Assembly (NCBI GenBank): GCA_010093995.1
Contig: ML992502.1
Span: 2,426,728-2,490,727 of the forward strand
Reading direction: 5' to 3'
DNA: 64,000 nt
Origin: Elsinoe ampelina
Taxonomy: Eukaryota
Shown here: positions 51,301-62,096 of the stretch, one piece after another
Position numbering within the stretch: the first letter of the stretch is position 1
How the letters are laid out: every line of letters starts with the position of its first letter
Notes under the pieces: model-generated
Seen by the model: only the letters and a program-made list of their open reading frames with translations
Database searches by the model: none
Told to the model about the DNA's origin: nothing
Program-made: the position numbers and the translations under genes

Positions 51301-53804
51301 CCGAGGAGACGGTTGAGAGTGGATCGATTACACTCGAAAAGGCACTGACCAATCTTCTGATCAAGCAGGTTGTAGAGAGTCAGAAGATTATTGACATCTG
51401 GCAAAGCCTGAGCGCCCTTCTCTTTGAGATCATCAAGTCTCATCTGGAAGAGAGTCTTGAGAGAGATGGAGCCATCCAAGCAGGCCTTGGAGTGAATATC
51501 TGCCCAGGTCCCGCGACTTGACTTGTCAACCAAAAGCTTGAAAACAACCACCTTGATGGCTTCTGCAAGCGGGTGACGTATAGATGAGAGCTTGATTTGC
51601 TGGAGAAGATACAGCATTTCGGACTCTGTGGATTCCTCGAGCTCCTTTTGGATGCTCTTAGGGATTTCGACACCGTACTCGTTGGGTTTGCCCTTGACGA
51701 AGTGCAATTCCTCGAGGAATCGTATTGATCGAGGAATGCCGTTGTGTGCGAGGAAGGTGTGCCAAATAGTTGAAGCGTCCATGGGGTTCTTTTGCGAGAG
51801 GTAGATATCAACAACTGTGGAGCCACCAAACATGATCTCGTCGGACAGACCCCAGAAGTGGCCACCATTGTCCGGAAGCTGGAAGCCGCTGTCAAGACCC
51901 TTGAACACTCGGACCTTGCCCAATTTAAGGCCGTCTCTCAGCTCGCGAAGCAGGACAGGATGCGAAGTCAGCTCCGCGATCTTGTTGAGCGCTTCCAGTG
52001 TGGCTGTCAGCTCGACAATGCTCACTTGGTGAAGCATGTTGAGGTCCTTGTAGTGGCGTTGCGACTTGATGATCTCGTCGTACTGATCCCGGACGACTTC
52101 TTCACGCAAGTTGAAGCATCCCACGGGGCAGAGCGTTGCGCCACAACTCGAGGTGTTCCAGAAGTCTGATAACCGTGGTGCCATGTGCGAGTAATCAAGG
52201 GCGGAGATTTCCTTGCTGCTGCGATCGGTGCTTGACCACATATCGAGAGGTAGAGGTCTTGCGGTAAGCAGCTTGTCGGCAGATGGAATAATGTCGTTGA
52301 TCTTGTTGACTTCCATCTTGACTACATTCGAGTCCTTGTTTGGAGAGTACTCGACAGCGGCTTCTTTGGACCACTGTTTCTGCACCCAAACGACGTCCAT
52401 TTTCTTGAGATAGTCGAAACCACTCAGAGGCATTTCCTTCTTCTGACGATCTGGGAGAGATGTTGAAGCGGGTCTTCCTTCCACGACAGCTCCAAAGAAG
52501 TCAGCAAGCTTGTATGCGCGTCGCAGAACCGCTGCTGTTGGTTGTTGATTCCAGAGCTCGAGGAAACCAAGGAAGAAGCCTGGTCGGGTGGTCTGCTGGC
52601 GCTTGACGCGGGCAATTTGATCTCGTAACCGGGCAGCCTTGAAATAGTCTCTTCGCTGACCGTTGCGGAGAATGTGTGCGTTTTGCAGAATGACACCATC
52701 GATGTAATGAAAGTTCAGCGAATCCATCAGGAAAGCGTCAGTCTCGGCCATGAAGATGACTGGAATGCCATTCTTCTGCAGCAGCTGGAGAAGATAGTTG
52801 ATCGTCGTGGCCTTGTGCGTGTCGTCGAACAAGAGCACGAGACCATCGAATCCCTGATGAAGACAAGTTTCGCTCAAGGTTTCCGACAGCTCCTCGGGGT
52901 TGATTGGGGCATCACATTTGTCATGGGTGAAGCTTTGGTAGCCGAAGAACAAGCTTGAAGCTGAAGGCCTTGATGACCCACCCTTGCCTTCGTGGATGGA
53001 TGTTGCGGCGGAAATGGGACGAGCAACATGAGCCTCATTCGACATGAAATTGATGGGAGCAAATGAGTGGCGATTGGCCGATGGAGATGCAGGTGATCGA
53101 AGAGGTCCAAGAGATTCGGTATCTGACATTGAAGAGTCCCGCGAGTGATTCCTTGCAGCAAGAGTTGGCGTGGTGCTGCCATCTCCTCGTCTTCGGGGGG
53201 TCATGGCGCCGCGAGGAGTACGATCACCTCTTGGGGACAGAGCACCGCCAGGAGTGAAGTCGCCACGAGGAGTCATGCCGCCTCCAGGAGTAAAATCACC
53301 TGGACTCCTTGGGGTCCAATCGCCCTTCCAGGATGGCGTATAGCTGCCATCCCAGTACTTTTGTGGCGAAGGACCAGTAATGGGCAAGATGCACAGACTT
53401 GAGTCCGGGGTCGAGGCCGGCATGGTGCCCGTGTGTGCAAGCATGCGGAAAGTGGTCATGGTACTGAGAGGACGTGAAGTCCTCGCGCTGGGAGACTCGG
53501 CTCGCTGGTCCTTGCGGCGGATCTGAACGGCTTTCCATGTCTTCTTCGCTCCCCGAGCCAGCCGCGAGAAGAAGAGACTATAGATGCCAGGTTTGTCTTC
53601 ATCTTTACGATTAAAATGGTATTGTAAGTAGAGGATGGAAATTCCGGCGAGTAAGAATCCGGATCCCACTGTCACTAGTAGATATTGATACCAGTGTGTG
53701 AAGAGTTGGTCAGTTGGCAAAACTGCATTCCAGTAGATCTCGAATTGAGTAGTATTCGACACATCATATGGCTGAATGTCTGCCGGCTGAAAGAATGAGG
53801 CCAT
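45330..53804 (-). CDS. gtb3: Large multi-pass GT4 glycosyltransferase, galactosaminogalactan synthase
   Basis: 2824-aa ORF with a central transmembrane bundle and a C-terminal PelF/GT4-like domain (IWDHAILWRE, PIVNGI, FIKDVKNAVLAA, LFMNSSLSEGLPLAIGEAALSGIPIVATEVG). Cluster context agrees. Confidence 0.92.
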   Translation of the reverse strand: MASFFQPADIQPYDVSNTTQFEIYWNAVLPTDQLFTHWYQYLLVTVGSGFLLAGISILYLQYHFNRKDEDKPGIYSLFFSRLARGAKKTWKAVQIRRKDQRAESPSARTSRPLSTMTTFRMLAHTGTMPASTPDSSLCILPITGPSPQKYWDGSYTPSWKGDWTPRSPGDFTPGGGMTPRGDFTPGGALSPRGDRTPRGAMTPRRRGDGSTTPTLAARNHSRDSSMSDTESLGPLRSPASPSANRHSFAPINFMSNEAHVARPISAATSIHEGKGGSSRPSASSLFFGYQSFTHDKCDAPINPEELSETLSETCLHQGFDGLVLLFDDTHKATTINYLLQLLQKNGIPVIFMAETDAFLMDSLNFHYIDGVILQNAHILRNGQRRDYFKAARLRDQIARVKRQQTTRPGFFLGFLELWNQQPTAAVLRRAYKLADFFGAVVEGRPASTSLPDRQKKEMPLSGFDYLKKMDVVWVQKQWSKEAAVEYSPNKDSNVVKMEVNKINDIIPSADKLLTARPLPLDMWSSTDRSSKEISALDYSHMAPRLSDFWNTSSCGATLCPVGCFNLREEVVRDQYDEIIKSQRHYKDLNMLHQVSIVELTATLEALNKIAELTSHPVLLRELRDGLKLGKVRVFKGLDSGFQLPDNGGHFWGLSDEIMFGGSTVVDIYLSQKNPMDASTIWHTFLAHNGIPRSIRFLEELHFVKGKPNEYGVEIPKSIQKELEESTESEMLYLLQQIKLSSIRHPLAEAIKVVVFKLLVDKSSRGTWADIHSKACLDGSISLKTLFQMRLDDLKEKGAQALPDVNNLLTLYNLLDQKIGQCLFECNRSTLNRLLGVLLQVYSTAVDGKKIDTTTDLFSLVFFCALRKYAFEDVYLETTDRCPLFLSQHDQAGVFAELWVLGSQCQIYFGVLPRTLGEIIYEKYRQYLDANPPPTSSFNGKDVFTAYSNVSPKYKQEGYDPMAKAGRMKELPGDIPGHKLNEPDKEKKSSNDDTMQKLGALSIFCFPAVFDVVLLTFLGRGFYLTAFMDREVREMANYAILTSLLMTGGITGWVGSTGGFYLFNYAFDNMTHFFVQRFSGAFMLTSVVAFCGFIAFGIQYSWFAGFIFVLYLFALTTFLNVLGIFATMHRPGSPLTSGRIAMWKCMPVLLISPIVTTFVNGHDLLIYMLVIYLFLFCLIVSFRNLCHEWTTWQAKVPTIKEKDLIAWFKAKVADEDDEEDDEDTDDNLLAVEARDLLKAEVSRYHSRSLYVKIFYRVADDFVKKMAVGHPYAMWLLEKEAGEQELPEMYTATWFVQLELALGNQRQLVRGLREHSPFITFRYSKYDLGQNVGLFLGALMDRWVSLVMSARFPQAGLYYDQRSKYALCFGLLYFLFGAVSVDIVLQKYWPKLAQMSNERIAEMADFDRVKENEAQVRRKHYRNALLELVTLLSMTLGATVLLLWGFVIDKQAIILFFTYISGYTGALFFQFNRCFTKDARAHVLTVLLCCVAGFTVGIVLRSLDATAGFFYDYAIALNTATVSAAVGTFLLTGYFHRAPKRKNAAYGHVRNKSSIDSVVQLKSAPPSRGSHAGSQGISCSTTHRAIREMLKNLTLNIDVNTKWSALPEDVRKMIVYRVLGMPVPQTWIVRAWLVDNGVNVERFNSGLGLAINQLRSSLAVQKERPAIASRTPSMVSIPEVEPELSAALPRSLKGVSILVKIGNSIVRGCYDVAKWVAIISGAGPDVPKELWYSLRANPFRKIILWTLLKCWKLCWWMKNLMIYTFVIGGKKPYGRFLSLLRHGAPRTLEGHRILVETALYVRTGFISRTNARNLVVSIFDGDLQQQPNGKKPLARAFYGSSHRLHGREEASGAVSTYHYEQLSHKRWPASRTTVENGVEYRCLYDKYGRIKSGRIFRGNHEFSFEYVFSKRPKGNSEVLQANITSVTSSFPMTMSVFWSVKPRAGSEDVKNWTPSEKVQRVILTQDGQTFDVRWIYKHAQNPQMETTIMGKNGSETFMGAPDHITNDEFGFMKKPKNVSFEDEDLLIHHRIAWLERLCRTDPSSGSSLSSRNSHKLIKAMPSGWSSTDKKVVYRSMPTSQLRTMLWKSWAKPPYLDAVSACFLDEMILRQEPLLKRYWHLRDAGHLLRAAHALDENLEQIISAIEPSLETSATCPLLIKAADLFEMGLAKDSTRLTARPEDTYRDTATSTSVIFSDNGCWPDNPGGVSNCRRDLVNGHTTIRGHCLAEGANDYGVPRYQIERNINSLKVLPLWGLDGKTPYHGLLDNLLQTQIDERISDTRIEQDIKDIFIPLLKSFVKGARSRRYTREDLVTYSNAILKMNRYFETRDFNKTWKCEAVWEAWIESWLIDYGDENVINIKDMLEIETPSMTDFRDALNLYICYFFIYSVEIPADCPKVFQTTHHGISSLYGILLKYRRNTTWGIWDHAILWREMCLNISPAQCLLPVPVQGMLLSGVKLACHLAYTHADIILPCTSVFNPDWEMDLGTDQGMRVSKKQFARKIDPIVNGIGNMDAFQPVKETRTKFPTTVMLSNVQFIKDVKNAVLAADVIINKFGFTDYRLTVYGAQDRQPSYALETTTLINTRGMSGKVTLAGFGSPKEVLKDAWLFMNSSLSEGLPLAIGEAALSGIPIVATEVGATALVLTDPDDPSKRYGEVVPPNDPEALARAQISLLAMLGPWTAYTHDEVKPPPLPETFTPEDVAWITKRMYEKVEDRKALGLKLRDVVLRSFHGKRYLREHEQMYWIQRKWAEARRKGLTGKTHPGASGVFGGDGLYAYDVAAEEEQAVRPRWQDFDERKLRGKRERKQVQGEEERGEYIEVGGGEK

Positions 53805-56800
53805 GGTGAACGAATGTGCGTATGCGCGTGCCTGCAGGAGGCCGTAACGGTCACAACGTCACACGTGGTGGGGTTCAATACATTATATCTAAATTGAAAG
53901 AGTGGTCCGGGAGGAAATGAGAGTCGTCTGGCGTGTAGACTCTCTCAGTGTATCGCGTCGTCGTCTGTGTCGCCGCCGGTCGAAGAAGTGGTCGCAGGGT
54001 GGAAGGGGAGAAACAGTGCTCTCTGACGTTGTGTAGGAGAAAAGAAAAGTCAGTGTCGTATTTGCGGTCGATGCGTGAGCAGCGGGCGAGCCTGGCGGAA
54101 GGCAAGGGTAGCGCTGTGTGAGCCAGTTCGGGTCGTCGGTTACAAAAGAGGAAACGGACTAGCGGTACCTGAGGAGAGCGAGTCGGTGGCTACAGAGTGC
54201 ACACACAAGGGCCAAAAGTGACCGACGCAATGGTGCATGAGACGGCCGTTTACTTTCAGCAGGCGCCGTCGGTCGCAAATGCACGTGGCAAGTCTCAGAA
54301 GGGCAAGATGGATGGCCGCCATGATTGCTCGATGCAGGCTCGGCCGTTTCGTGTTCGGAACGGAGCGCTGGAGACGGTGTGGACGACCGTTTCCCTTAGG
54401 TTCTGCTTAGGTTTACCAGTGGCGTGCACGGCGCAGGGGTGTGACCGTCGCCTCGGGCCCTGTGGGATTGCTCCACCATTTCTCGGGCAGCAGGGATTGT
54501 TGAGGGTCATCGCAGCAGCCAAGACGAGTCAATCTATTCAGCTGTAACCCGTGTGCGAACAGCAGATCTGTTGCGGATGCGGCTCGTCGACCGAGCTGGC
54601 CTTGTCCGAATCGAGAAGCGAAGCCATGTCTTGGACGTCTTCGTTTTTATGGTCCTATACGTTGACGAAACGCTGGCACCACTGGAACCCGCTGAACTGA
54701 CCGATCAGTCGACAGCATGTATCGCGGTACCCATGCAGGGTGGAGAACAGAAGATGACTGTCATTTTGTTGAGTTGGCAGTCAGGCAAATTGTCCGGTAG
54801 AGGATCGCCAGGTCCCGACCGAAGGCGCAGCGCAGACAGTGCATGATTTTGACTGCGTGTGAAAAATAGCAAAATAGCAATTAGAGGCGCGAATAGGGTC
54901 AAGCCTCCCATGACGGGACCAGCAAACCATGTTTTCTTGTTCATCTTCCTCCCGCAATATTGTTAGGACCATGCAGTATTGTGCCTTTGTGCCATCCCTC
55001 AGGCGTGCTGCCTCGGCCGTGGCGCCTGGCAGTAGCAGGAAACTCTGCCATCAAGGAAATTTGCAACCCTTTTTCTCCGCCGGCAAATGTTGCTCTATAC
55101 CGCAAGCTGACTTTCATAATTTACCTTGCTTCTGCCGTGCTTACCGACTTGATTCTCGCAAAGCAAGTATGAGACTTTGCATCTACAATTGGCACCAATC
55201 CCTGCACCCACGCTCCCTTGAGTGCTCCTTGCTTCGATCAATTCGATCTGACCGGCCCTGACTCGTATCCTCTTAGCAGAAGCTTGTATGAGAATCGTGA
55301 AACAGCCCTGGACAATATCGCCATCGTCACACTATAGTAGACACTCGAAGTGGAATGTGCCGCGAGGAAACACCTCGGTAGCTGCAACAAACGAGTGTAA
55401 CAGAACACGAGGTTTCTTCTGATACCCATGCCCATCAGATCGACCTTGCAGAACGCCGCTCGCCTGTTCTCTTGTCGCTCCCCCGCGCTGGGCGAAGATC
55501 AACCGAGGGAGGTTAGATTAGGAAGGATCATGGATGGACGGAAATACTATACCGCGCAGGAGTAGCCAGCAGTAGCGAACCCCGCCATCGCCATCGCCGC
55601 CCGCCACAAGATGCAGCATTTCCTGGAAAACCTGGTGGAGAAGTCAAGCCAGCGACATCGAGACAGCGGGGACGAACATTCTTCGCTCGCTTCCACACGT
55701 CAAGCAGGGCAAAGATGTGCACTCCACGTACGCATGTACAGTATCCACTCGCTTCTCGCCGGGCATCAGCGCCTACAGCGGAAATCCAATATTGTCACGA
55801 CAATGGCACCATCCCTGATTCCCTGCCCTGCGCTGCCCTATCCTACCTTTCCGAAAAGTGACTCCCACCACGAACGCGTTCCTATCAGCATCACGAGATC
55901 TGTGGTCAGCGAGTGCTATTCTCGTCCCCCGACCCATCGCAAAGGTAACGTCGCACTTGAACACCACACAAAGCTTCCGTCCTCGTGGGTTGCCCGGCGC
56001 CTCATGCCCTCAGCCTCTTTCATCTCAACAGGGCCAACTACCCACGCAACTTAATGCTTGGTACCCATTTCCCGACTGGAAAAACAAGATGAAGATCCTC
56101 GTCACGATGAGAAAACTCCTCTGTCCCAATAATGCCCACTCCAACAACCCCCTCCCGCGGACGACTCGCAGGCGGCGCACCACTAGCCCCGCCGCCCTCG
56201 GTGTTGCCCGTCCGAGAAGGGTAAACGAGGCACAGCAAAGGTGCACGGAAGAGGAAAGTCGTACAAGCACTGCTGCATGGAAATTTTTCTTCCACCCGAA
56301 GAATCATCGAAGCCCTGCATATGGGCGTACTACTGCATCTGCCACTTCGCAATCTGGCCTTCGGTTCTTCGTCTCTGCCTAGTTAGTGAATGTTGTACCA
56401 AAACCCTTTTGCATGACCAGACTCCGTGCCGATAGGGGTGGTGATCTGCCCATTCTAGATGCAGGGTATACCGAGCATGCATGACATGCCACGACGACCC
56501 AGCTTCGCTTGTGAAACCTCGTCGGCGTCATGCCCTTTGAGCCTAAACGTGTCGCGGATTTGCAATGCCGTCGCAAGCCTGTATGTCTGGATCTGATGAT
56601 GGCAGGTGGATCATGTCAACGGGCTGGGCCAAGCTGTCTGAGGTAGCCGGAAGTTTCGTTTGAGGGATCAAGGTTCGGGGAATGTCACTATTGCGAGAGA
56701 CAAGGATTGGCAGCGCGATGGATGGAAGCGTGTCACTGTAGCGAGAGATCAGGTCACGATGGATGCAATGGTAGATAATTGGTAAGACATTAGAAATTTT

Positions 56801-57030
56801 CTGGGAGTGTGATCACTACGAGAGATGCCTGCCGACGTTTCTTTGGAAGCTGTTTCGGACCCTGAAGTGTGCTACCGATAATGATGCTTTTGTTGTGTGC
56901 CCGATGGCTGGTGTGCTATGCCGAAAAGACGGTGGTCGTGACAATGAGATGGAAAAAAGTGAGAGGCCCCATCTAGGAGGATGAAAAGTGTTCGTGATAC
57001 AGGCCGTTATTGTGTCGTGATGCGTCGAGA

Positions 57031-58389
57031 TTACTCCATCGTGATGCCCAAACCCTGGCTCTCCTGCTGTGCCATCTGAATGGCGTTCCAACAATCCCGA
57101 GCGCATTGCTCCATGCTGAGCTCAGTCTTCCACCCCAATTCCTCGGTCGCACGTTTTGTGCCGGCAACGCAGAAGCCAACGTCTCCAGGACGGCGATGCG
57201 TCATGTTGACCGGCAGTTTCACGCCAGACGCCTTCTCAAAGTAAGTCACAACCTCCGCAACGGTGGTGCCGTTGCCGGTGCCAAGATTGTAGGACCTGAA
57301 CGCCTCAGTGTTCTTGGGGCTGATGGCTGCGCTCATGGCGGCAATGTGACCCTTTGCGAGATCCATGACGTGGATAAAGTCGCGGACTGCAGTTCCGTCA
57401 CGGGTCTCCCAGTCAGAGCCAAAGACATTGAGCACCGGTCGTGCACCTGTCAGAACCTGGGCAATGACGGGGAAGAGGTTGGTTGGCACTTGACGAGGGT
57501 CCTCGCGGAGATTACCAGATGGGTGGCAGCCGACTGGGTTGAAGTAACGGAGTGCTGTGATTCGCATGCTAGGATCTGAGCGAGCCATGTCTGCGAGAAT
57601 TGCTTCGGCGAAGTACTTGGTCCTGCCGTATGGTGATGTGAGGCCAGTTGCACCTGGAACAAGCTCCTCGCCGTCGACAGTCTCCGGGAAGTGAACAAGA
57701 TCGTGCTCCTTCAATGGCTTGCCGGCGTTTGCGCGAGTGCCGTAAACTGTGGCGGAAGATGAAAAAACAAAGTTCTTGATGCCAAACTCCTGGAGGAGAG
57801 CCAAAAGATCTACAAGACCGCAGATGTTGTTCTGGTAGTACTGAAGGGGCTTTGAGATTGACTCCTCAACCGACTTGAAAGCGGCAAAGTGGATGACACC
57901 AGCAATGCGGGATGCCGGCTCAGCGTTCTCTCCACTTGGTCGAGGAGCGTAGCGAGACACGAGATGCCGCATCCATTGGCTGCGGTAGTCGAACTGGTGG
58001 AGCTTGAGGACTGGGACCTGAAGACCTTGCTTGCTGCACCATTCGGATGCGAGCTGACGAACATTGTCGAGGACGTTCTCGAATGAGTTGCTGAGGTCGT
58101 CTACTACAATGACGTTGTAGCCCTCCTTGAGAAGCTCGAGAGTGGTGTGCGATCCGATGTAGCCGAGGCCTCCAATGACCATGACATGCTTGGAGCTGTT
58201 GCGAATGAAGTTGCGTCTGCTGGCGTCAAGGGAGAAGAACCCGTTGCTGTCCTCGTATACCGAGCTCTCCGGTGAGAACTCTGGGGAAGACGGTGGTGAG
58301 TTGAGTGCGGGTGACCATAGTGGAGACCTGGGGGCGGGCGAGTTGGTGGCCGATGAGGCCTCTGAGGGCGAGTATGATTGAATGTGCAT
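57031..58389 (-). CDS. uge3: UDP-glucose/UDP-GlcNAc 4-epimerase
   Basis: VMVIGGLGYIGSHT, VIHFAAFKSVEES, FSSSATVYG, SPYGRTK, LRYFNPVG, DGTAVRDFIHVMDLAKGH. Has a Ser/Pro-rich N-terminal extension and sits in the GAG cluster. Confidence 0.93.
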   Translation of the reverse strand: MHIQSYSPSEASSATNSPAPRSPLWSPALNSPPSSPEFSPESSVYEDSNGFFSLDASRRNFIRNSSKHVMVIGGLGYIGSHTTLELLKEGYNVIVVDDLSNSFENVLDNVRQLASEWCSKQGLQVPVLKLHQFDYRSQWMRHLVSRYAPRPSGENAEPASRIAGVIHFAAFKSVEESISKPLQYYQNNICGLVDLLALLQEFGIKNFVFSSSATVYGTRANAGKPLKEHDLVHFPETVDGEELVPGATGLTSPYGRTKYFAEAILADMARSDPSMRITALRYFNPVGCHPSGNLREDPRQVPTNLFPVIAQVLTGARPVLNVFGSDWETRDGTAVRDFIHVMDLAKGHIAAMSAAISPKNTEAFRSYNLGTGNGTTVAEVVTYFEKASGVKLPVNMTHRRPGDVGFCVAGTKRATEELGWKTELSMEQCARDCWNAIQMAQQESQGLGITME

Positions 58390-60940
58390 GTTTGATGGCC
58401 TGCAGACTATTGACCGTTGAAGGTGATTGATATAAGCGAGGGAATCAACCTGGTTCTACGATCTCGGTGTGCAAGTAGGGAAAGACAGTATACCGTCGAC
58501 GTTGTAGCTTGTTTGCCGTGAACGAGTCAACGGGTGGGAAGGGCCTTTATAGATGATCCACGGAGGCAACGGGCAGTGGGCCTGATGAGCTTGGTTTCTC
58601 AGCGGGACAATGTTCTAAATTGGCGAAGGGGACGGGAGAGTGACAACTCACCGGAAGCTAGAAGTGCGTCAAACTATGGTTTCGAGGAGAGCCAGGGCCA
58701 AGCGTGGTGAGTTCAGGTTGCAGCGAGGACTTTGCCGGAATGGTAGACATGAGGTAGGCAGGGAGCCAGACGATTCGTTCGGCAAGAGCATCTCTGCAGT
58801 CCACTGGTGACACTGGCCGGTGCTTGTCCTTGCCCTTTGCACGCAGGGTGAAAGCACGTTTCCTGTAGCGCCGATGAGAGCATCCAAGGGAGATCGACTG
58901 ACGAGCCGGATGGTAATTTCCTCCAATCCTGCCTAAAGACGACCCGCCGGCGCAGCGATTTGGGAAGATGCACGAGCCAAACATTCGCCTGTAGTGGTGA
59001 GGTGTACGCCCGTGCTCGGGTGAGCTTGTCCAAGGTGGTGAGTCGCGCTTGCGGAAGGTGAGCACTGTGCCACCGCGACCACCCCTCTGCAGCCTTTGCT
59101 TGGGCGATAAACAGCTGCAGGACCACTACCAATCTAGGGTTCAGGCGAAATTGACAGCTAGACTCCGTTCCACGTTTGTCTAAGCTGACCTCACGTCGCT
59201 CACGATAATTCAGAACCTGCAGGAATTCCTATATTGCGATATTGCGTGCCTCGCCAGACGGTCAGCTCAGCATACCGCACGACACCGATGGAGCGCCCTT
59301 GCCGATCACCACGGCAAAAGGGGAAACACAGGAGCTCGTATTTGGCATCATGGCTACTCAACATGAGGACAAGCGTGAATGGTTTGAGGCGCAAGTGCAA
59401 TCTACAGAGGGCCCAAGGCGCCGGTTCTGCGTTACCTGGCTTGTTACCACTTCCAGACCATCTCGCAACGTTAGGCATGAGCAGGATGTGCGTCAAGGAT
59501 CATGGAGATCGTATTGAGCCCGCAAGCACGGTTCGAAGACATCATGGAGGGGCGTCTCCTCAAACAATAGACGACCTCACCTTGAGTGGTAGAGCCACGG
59601 GAGGCTCCTCCCACGCAATTACAGACACACAGGGCTGTCGCTCGTTTACCGGCCCGAGTGCCAAGGGCAGAGACGGTGGTGCAGCAAAGACAGACAGGCC
59701 GCAACCCGCAAAAACCCTTCTGCGAGACGGCGCAAGACATGGTCAAATCCACTTGTCATCCCAATTGGGTATACGGCCAAGTCAATTGCAAATTGCATCT
59801 GTCCCTTTCCGATCGCACATCATGTCTTGTTTCACACTCACGTCCAGCCACGCAACTCTAGCTTACAAGCTTCTCGCAAATACATGGTTTGGCCATGAAC
59901 TGTGTCAGTATACGCGAATGCTGGCAAAAGCATCTTGTACAGTATACGATCCAACGACAAACGCCTGCCTACGGCGGGATCGCGAGGCTCGACGTTTACG
60001 AGTGCCGTCATGCTGCATAGTGTGGGTCAATAGAACGTCTATTCTGGGGTGCATTTCTGCAGGCAATTCTTTTTCTTCCGCCCGCATCCTGCGGCCCTTG
60101 GGCCAAACAGGCAACATGGCAAGCCCCGGAACAATCTGTCATTCAGCCGCAACGAAAGACTCCTTCATTCAACCTTGCCAATAGCGCTTCGCTTCTGACC
60201 AGTAGCGGCTGACCAGCATGACGACTGCCCCTGGTTGGGCTGGCTCTGAACCAGAGGTCGGTCCGAACTCAAAGGCACGCACCTTCCGTGCCAAGGTGCA
60301 CTCAACGAGGTCGTGGCCACAAAACCTTGGATCGCTCCCGCTTCTACGCGAGTCGTGGGACGCCGAGGAGGATTCGTCGGGAACGCATGCTAGCATTTGT
60401 GGGAACGAGAAGCCAAGACGACGGCGCACGGGTAGTACACTTCGATCGATATTGCAGGGATTTCAACGCGGAGGGACCTGCGCGCTAAGGACCCGCCGAC
60501 GAAGATCATACCCCATGAATGGATTTTTTTTTGCTGACCGGCTATATCCAAGACTGTGATTCTCGCCTGTGGAAAAGGCTTGTTTGGGATCCACAATAAT
60601 TTATGCATGGAAGCTCACTGGGCAGGTCTATAGTAGCTGAACTCCGGAGATGCGGCGACCAATATCCTGCAGCCAACATATGGCCGACCCGCGCTACCCA
60701 ACTCGCTGGCACTGCCGAGTTTCAATAGTTCGGGTGATCACAGGCTTGGTCGAGCTTCCAGATCACATCCATGTGGCGAGTCTGTGCTGGTAAGGCAGAG
60801 ATCTCCGGCCCTCGTGGGCCTTCGTGGGGTGGATGACACGATATGATGCCATGAAACTATTCATTAAAAATCTTGGTATGATCCAGATTGAGTGGTGGAG
60901 AAATCCCACCTCGGCCGCAGCGCCGCCAGATCGGTAGCTT

Positions 60941-62096
60941 CTACGACGAAGACGAAGAAGTGCCCAGAGTGGATGTCGTGGCCGTCGACCCGTCGCAGTA
61001 CTCTACCCAACCGTCCAGATTCATCTTCTTGATCACCGTGCTAAACCCCTCGCTGCCGGCTGATTTCCCACTCCGGGAACAAACGCCACTCACTGCCTCG
61101 GCCGAAACCGACGGTGCGTCGCTGGGGTACTCGATGTGGTAGACGGGCTTGCCGGCATCCACAAAGGGCGAGAAGGTGGAGCATTCGCCGTACTGGGCAC
61201 ATTGCTCGTTGACGGAGAAATGGGTAAATGACAGCACATCGTCAATGACGTCGCCGGCATTCTTCAGTCCGGTCGACATGTTGTACCGGTTGGCCTCGTC
61301 CGAGAGGAATTGCATGAAGCCGACCGTGTCATTTGCGGTGAGCCCGAGGCCGTTGTCGTTTTGCTGTGGAGTCAAAAGTCAGCACTTGTCCAGCTGCAAA
61401 TCTCACGGGATGGAGATTTTCGTCTCAAATCGGGGGGGGGGGGAGGTGCCTTACGAAGCCGTCGACATTGTCAGGGTCAATTGCATCACAGCCTTTGTCG
61501 CTCGCCAACTTGATTCTGGAAGCCATGATTTTCCGGACATTGTCGCTGTTGGTCTGGAGCCACACTTCGCCCGGCCAGCCATCGAGACCCTTGCCTTTGT
61601 CGCTGTCGGTGAATTGGCTCGAGTCTGGTCGATTGGGCTCGTAGGATCCGGCGGAAAAGTAGCAGATGACTTTCTTGTTGAGAGAGTGGAGCTTGGTGAT
61701 GGTGCTCTGATTGTTGGTGAACAGATCGATATCGAACACTTCGACATTTGGATCTGTTGTGGTTGCATCATCGGCAATAGTGATTGGGTTGAGGAGGACG
61801 ATTTGCCACGAACTGTTCACCGCAGGTTGCCAGAACGTGCGGTTGGTAACGGTCCCCGTGGGTGATGGCGCTGAAGGGGGACTGCTGCCTCCATTGTCGC
61901 TATCATCGTCGTCGCCGCCATTGTTCAGACCCAAGCCGAGACCTACACCAAGGCCTATAGCGAGAGCAACGACAATGATCACCGCAACGATGATCCAGAG
62001 CAGACGACGAGAGCGTCTGGCGCGCGGGAATTTCTCTCCCTCCATCGGACCGAGTGGTTGTGAGGCTCTTGCCTCGGAGACGAAAGGGTTCTTCAT
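60941..62096 (-). CDS. ega3: GH114 endo-alpha-1,4-galactosaminidase, type II membrane protein
   Basis: N-terminal TM helix; WQPAVNSSWQIVL, VFDIDLF, KVICYFSAGSYE, GWPGEVWL; GCDAIDPDNVDGF|QNDNG across intron 61364-61454; GLKNAG, SVNEQC, GKPVYHIEY. Confidence 0.93.

Noticed and set aside
59234..60184. 316-aa ORF between uge3 and ega3
   Set aside because: Non-ATG start, no recognisable domain or codon bias; probably intergenic.
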